Source: Bacilli bacterium (GTDB taxonomy: Bacteria > Bacillota_I > Bacilli_A > RF39 > UBA660). Taken from it: DNA of 28,550 bases. Position 1 is the first letter of the stretch; each line of letters starts with the position of its first letter. Position numbers and translations under genes: made by a program. The notes under the pieces are model-generated. The model was not told the DNA's origin, did not search any database, and saw only the letters and a list, made by a program, of their open reading frames with translations. The stretch is from NCBI GenBank assembly GCA_900772445.1, contig CAAHEL010000060.1, forward strand, positions 1-28,550, in the 5' to 3' direction. Positions 25,622-28,550 of the stretch are shown here, piece by piece.

Positions 25622-25873
25622 TTATATTCTATCTTTAAATTTCATATATAAATTTTCTATTTTACTATAAGTAAGCGGTTTTACTTGTTCTTTTATTTCA
25701 TCTAATATTCCTCTTGGATTACCATAAATTATTTTTTTATAATCTTCTTTAATGTATTTATAAATAATATCTAGTTCATATTTTTCTAAAGTAATTCCCT
25801 GTTTTAAAGCAAAGTTATTTATATCTTCCTTTTTTAATCTATTTATGTATTCTTGTAATAAATATATATTCAT
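25622..25873 (-). CDS. Small conserved Bacillota protein, DUF2624-like
   Basis: 83 aa counted from the ATG at 25873 (GGTGA RBS). The track start at 25918 is a TTG inside the terminator T-run. The pattern LKKEDINNFALKQGITL...KPLTYSKIENLYMKFK resembles DUF2624 from memory. Confidence 0.5.
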   Translation of the reverse strand: MNIYLLQEYINRLKKEDINNFALKQGITLEKYELDIIYKYIKEDYKKIIYGNPRGILDEIKEQVKPLTYSKIENLYMKFKDRI

Positions 25874-25911
25874 TATATCACCAGTAAAATATATGTATTT
25901 ATAAAAAAAAT

Positions 25912-25948
25912 ATAACAAAAAAGAGACTGACCCCCAAGGAACAGTCTC
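25912..25948 (-). terminator. Intrinsic terminator (minus strand) lying upstream of a CDS rather than after one
   Basis: The minus strand reads GAGACTG-TTCCTTGGGGGT-CAGTCTC followed by TTTTTTGTTATATTTTTTTT. Confidence 0.65.
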
Positions 25949-26016
25949 CCAAAAAGAATAAAAAGGGGTTGGCTAGTGTGATACTAGCACCAATTCGCTT
26001 AAAATTTGAATTGGTG
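25912..26016 (-). ncRNA. Candidate structured leader (attenuator or riboswitch-like) or small RNA of about 100 nt, class not recognised
   Basis: It has its own consensus promoter. There is a 9-bp hairpin (26016-26008 / 25996-25988), a 5-bp hairpin (25987-25973), a C-rich linker CCAACCCC and then the terminator hairpin with a G-rich loop. Confidence 0.5.
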
Positions 26017-26022
26017 ATTTAT

Positions 26023-26051
26023 ATATTAACCGATTGTTACTAATTTGTCAA
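26023..26051 (-). promoter_or_regulatory. Near-consensus sigma-A promoter on the minus strand
   Basis: The minus strand reads TTGACA (26051-26046), 17-nt spacer, TAATAT (26028-26023). Confidence 0.65.
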
Positions 26052-26089
26052 GTAGAAAATTAAAAATTGTAGAAAAAAATCATAAATTA

Positions 26090-26118
26090 TTGTAAAAATA
26101 TACTTTTTTTTGTATAAT
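26090..26118 (+). promoter_or_regulatory. Sigma-A-type promoter of the large pilin-like gene
   Basis: TTGTAA (26090-26095), 17-nt spacer, TATAAT (26113-26118). Confidence 0.55.
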
Positions 26119-26143
26119 TAATTTAAGATAAGGTATGGTGAAT

Positions 26144-27893
26144 ATGAATAATAAAGGTTTTGCAATAACAGGAATATTGTATGGATTAATGATTTTATTT
26201 GTTATAGTAATTACATCTTTTTTAGCAGTAGTGGTAGGTAAAAGTAAAAGAGATAATGAAGTATTAAATAATGTTAAAGAAAGTTTATCACTTAATTCTT
26301 CAGAAACAGTTTATTGGTCTAAATTTAATTATGCTAATTATGGTTGGACTTACAATGGTTATAGATATAGTTATGTAACTGATAGAAGAGCTTTATATAC
26401 TTTTGAAAATGCTGATTATAATACTTGTGTTAGTATGTATTTGCCAAAGGGTACAGTAGTTATTATAGATTCAGAGGGAAGGTTATCTTATTCGTTATAT
26501 GGTAGTGAAAATGAGGCTGAATTTAAAGAGATGAGTGATAGTTGTTATGGTGAATTGTATAATAAACCAAATAGTCCAGATTTAGTTGATGGACTAATTC
26601 CAGTAGTATATAATGAAACAACTAGTAAATGGGTAAAAGCAGACTCTACAAACGAAAATAATTCTTGGTATAATTATGATGAAAATAAATGGGCGAATGC
26701 TGTACTTGTAACTAGTGTTAATAGAAATGTATATCAAAATGCGAAGCCTGGTGAAGAAATATTAGATAATGATATTTTAGCATTTTATGTCTGGATACCA
26801 AGATATAAATATAAGGTATGGAATATAAATAAAGTTATTGGAACAGACTCATATAATGCACAAACAACGGGAATAGATATAAAATTTGAAAATGGAATAG
26901 ATACAACAGGTACGATAGTATGTAATGATTATAGTTATAGAGCTCCATCATCAACTGCAGGTAGTCCAAATGAAAATTGTACTGGGGGAAATGGAGATTA
27001 TTATACACATCCAGCATTTACTTTTGGAGATAATGAAGTAAGAGGATTTTGGATAGGAAAATATGAATTATCAAGTGAAACGCCAACAGCAACAAATGGA
27101 GGTGGAAGTTCCACAACATTAACAGCAAGAATACTTCCAAATGTTAATTCTTGGAGAAACAATAGCCTCTCAAACTTTAATACAGTAATTCAAAGTATGC
27201 AAACAACAAATAATATATACGGATTAGGGGCAGATAAATCAAATACAGATTCACATATGTTAACCAATATGGAGTGGGGAGCAGTAGCGTATTTAACGCA
27301 CTCTGCTTTTGGAAGATGTTATGGAACAAATTGTACTGAAGTAACAATAAATAATTGCTCTACTTATGTAACAGGTATTGGAGCAGATACAGTAAGTGCA
27401 AGTTCTTCGTCAACGACTTGTACGACAGACGCAAATAAATATAATGGGGCAAAAGGTGTGCTTGCGTCATCAACAGGAAACGTGTATGGAGTATATGATA
27501 TGAGCGGAGGAGCTTGGGAATATGTAATGGGAAATACGTCAAGCACAGCAGACTCTTATACATTTTCTCCATCTACTTCAGGATTTGCAAGTAGTTGGTA
27601 TTCTAATTATAGTAATCAAAAATATGTAAATACTTATGCAAATGATTCAGCAAGCAGCAACCAAACAGCATATAATAGAGCAAGACTAGGAGATGCAACG
27701 GGTGAAGTGGTATCGTCAAGTGGTTATGCTTGGTACAATGATTCAGCGTACTTCCCTTATTCCAGCGTTTCCTGGTTCGTACGCGGTGGGGTTTACGGCA
27801 GTGGTTCTGGTGCGGGCGTATTCTTCTTCAGCTACTACTTTGGCTCTGCCAACAGTGGCTACTCTGCCCGCGCTACTTTAGTATCTTTAAAAT

Positions 27894-27895
<2 letters not shown>
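26144..27895 (+). CDS. Large modular pilin-like protein: class III (prepilin-type) leader plus an FGE-sulfatase/SUMF1-like C-terminal module
   Basis: The MNNKG/FAITGILYGLMILFVIV leader resembles the pilin at 19650 but lacks Glu+5. Downstream are IPVVYN...WVKAD...WYNYDENKWANAV, WIPRYKYK, HPAFTFG...GFWIGKYELS, NMEWGAVAYL, GVYDMSGGAWEYVMG and WFVRGG...GYSARATLV. The alternative start is 26135. Confidence 0.65.

Positions 27896-28550
<655 letters not shown>

Noticed and set aside
26835-27881. Four short ORFs (26835..27017 -, 27360..27572 -, 27364..27546 -, 27693..27881 +) overlapping the large pilin-like gene
   Set aside because: They cluster exactly where the host gene's GC content rises, because fewer AT-rich stop codons occur by chance there. 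They have no RBS or motifs and are best treated as a side-effect of the compositional anomaly.

Overview
Very AT-rich chromosomal segment from a low-GC, walled Gram-positive (Bacillota-like) bacterium, densely coded with short intergenic gaps. I saw no rRNA, tRNA, CRISPR array, transposase or integrase. All family assignments come from motif reading by eye, not database searches.

Gene order, left to right:
- 1-1254: about 490 nt of non-coding DNA, then a type III toxin-antitoxin locus. It has a promoter, two 49-nt tandem RNA repeats and a ToxN/AbiQ/CptN-like toxin.
- 1248-2752 (minus strand): a metallophosphoesterase and a CPBP protease.
- 2849-5618: gpmI and a membrane-anchored polysaccharide deacetylase.
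- 5726-14761: a tightly packed wall-polysaccharide / teichoic-acid-type cluster. It holds tagG, tagH, a GT2 glycosyltransferase, a GT-B glycosyltransferase, a Glf-like flavoprotein, tagA, mnaA, galE and tagO.
- 14835-18248: a self-contained three-gene module, which I consider the most interesting object in the window. Gene 1 is an AAA+ (AAA_5/MoxR-like) ATPase with an uncharacterised N-terminal region of about 300 aa. Gene 2 is a 129-aa catalytically dead paralogue of that ATPase core. Gene 3 is an HExxH metallopeptidase fused to a vWA domain.
- 18269-25873: housekeeping genes gpsA, DUF192, an orphan type IV pilin-like gene, lspA, rluD, a rhomboid protease, alr, a murJ/ytgP-type flippase and a small DUF2624-like gene.
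- 25912-26051 (minus strand): a promoter, a structured RNA of about 100 nt and an intrinsic terminator.
- 26144-27895: a 584-aa pilin-leader protein with an FGE-sulfatase-like module and a GC-rich 3' end that is compositionally foreign.
- 27972-28550: the 5' part of tgt.
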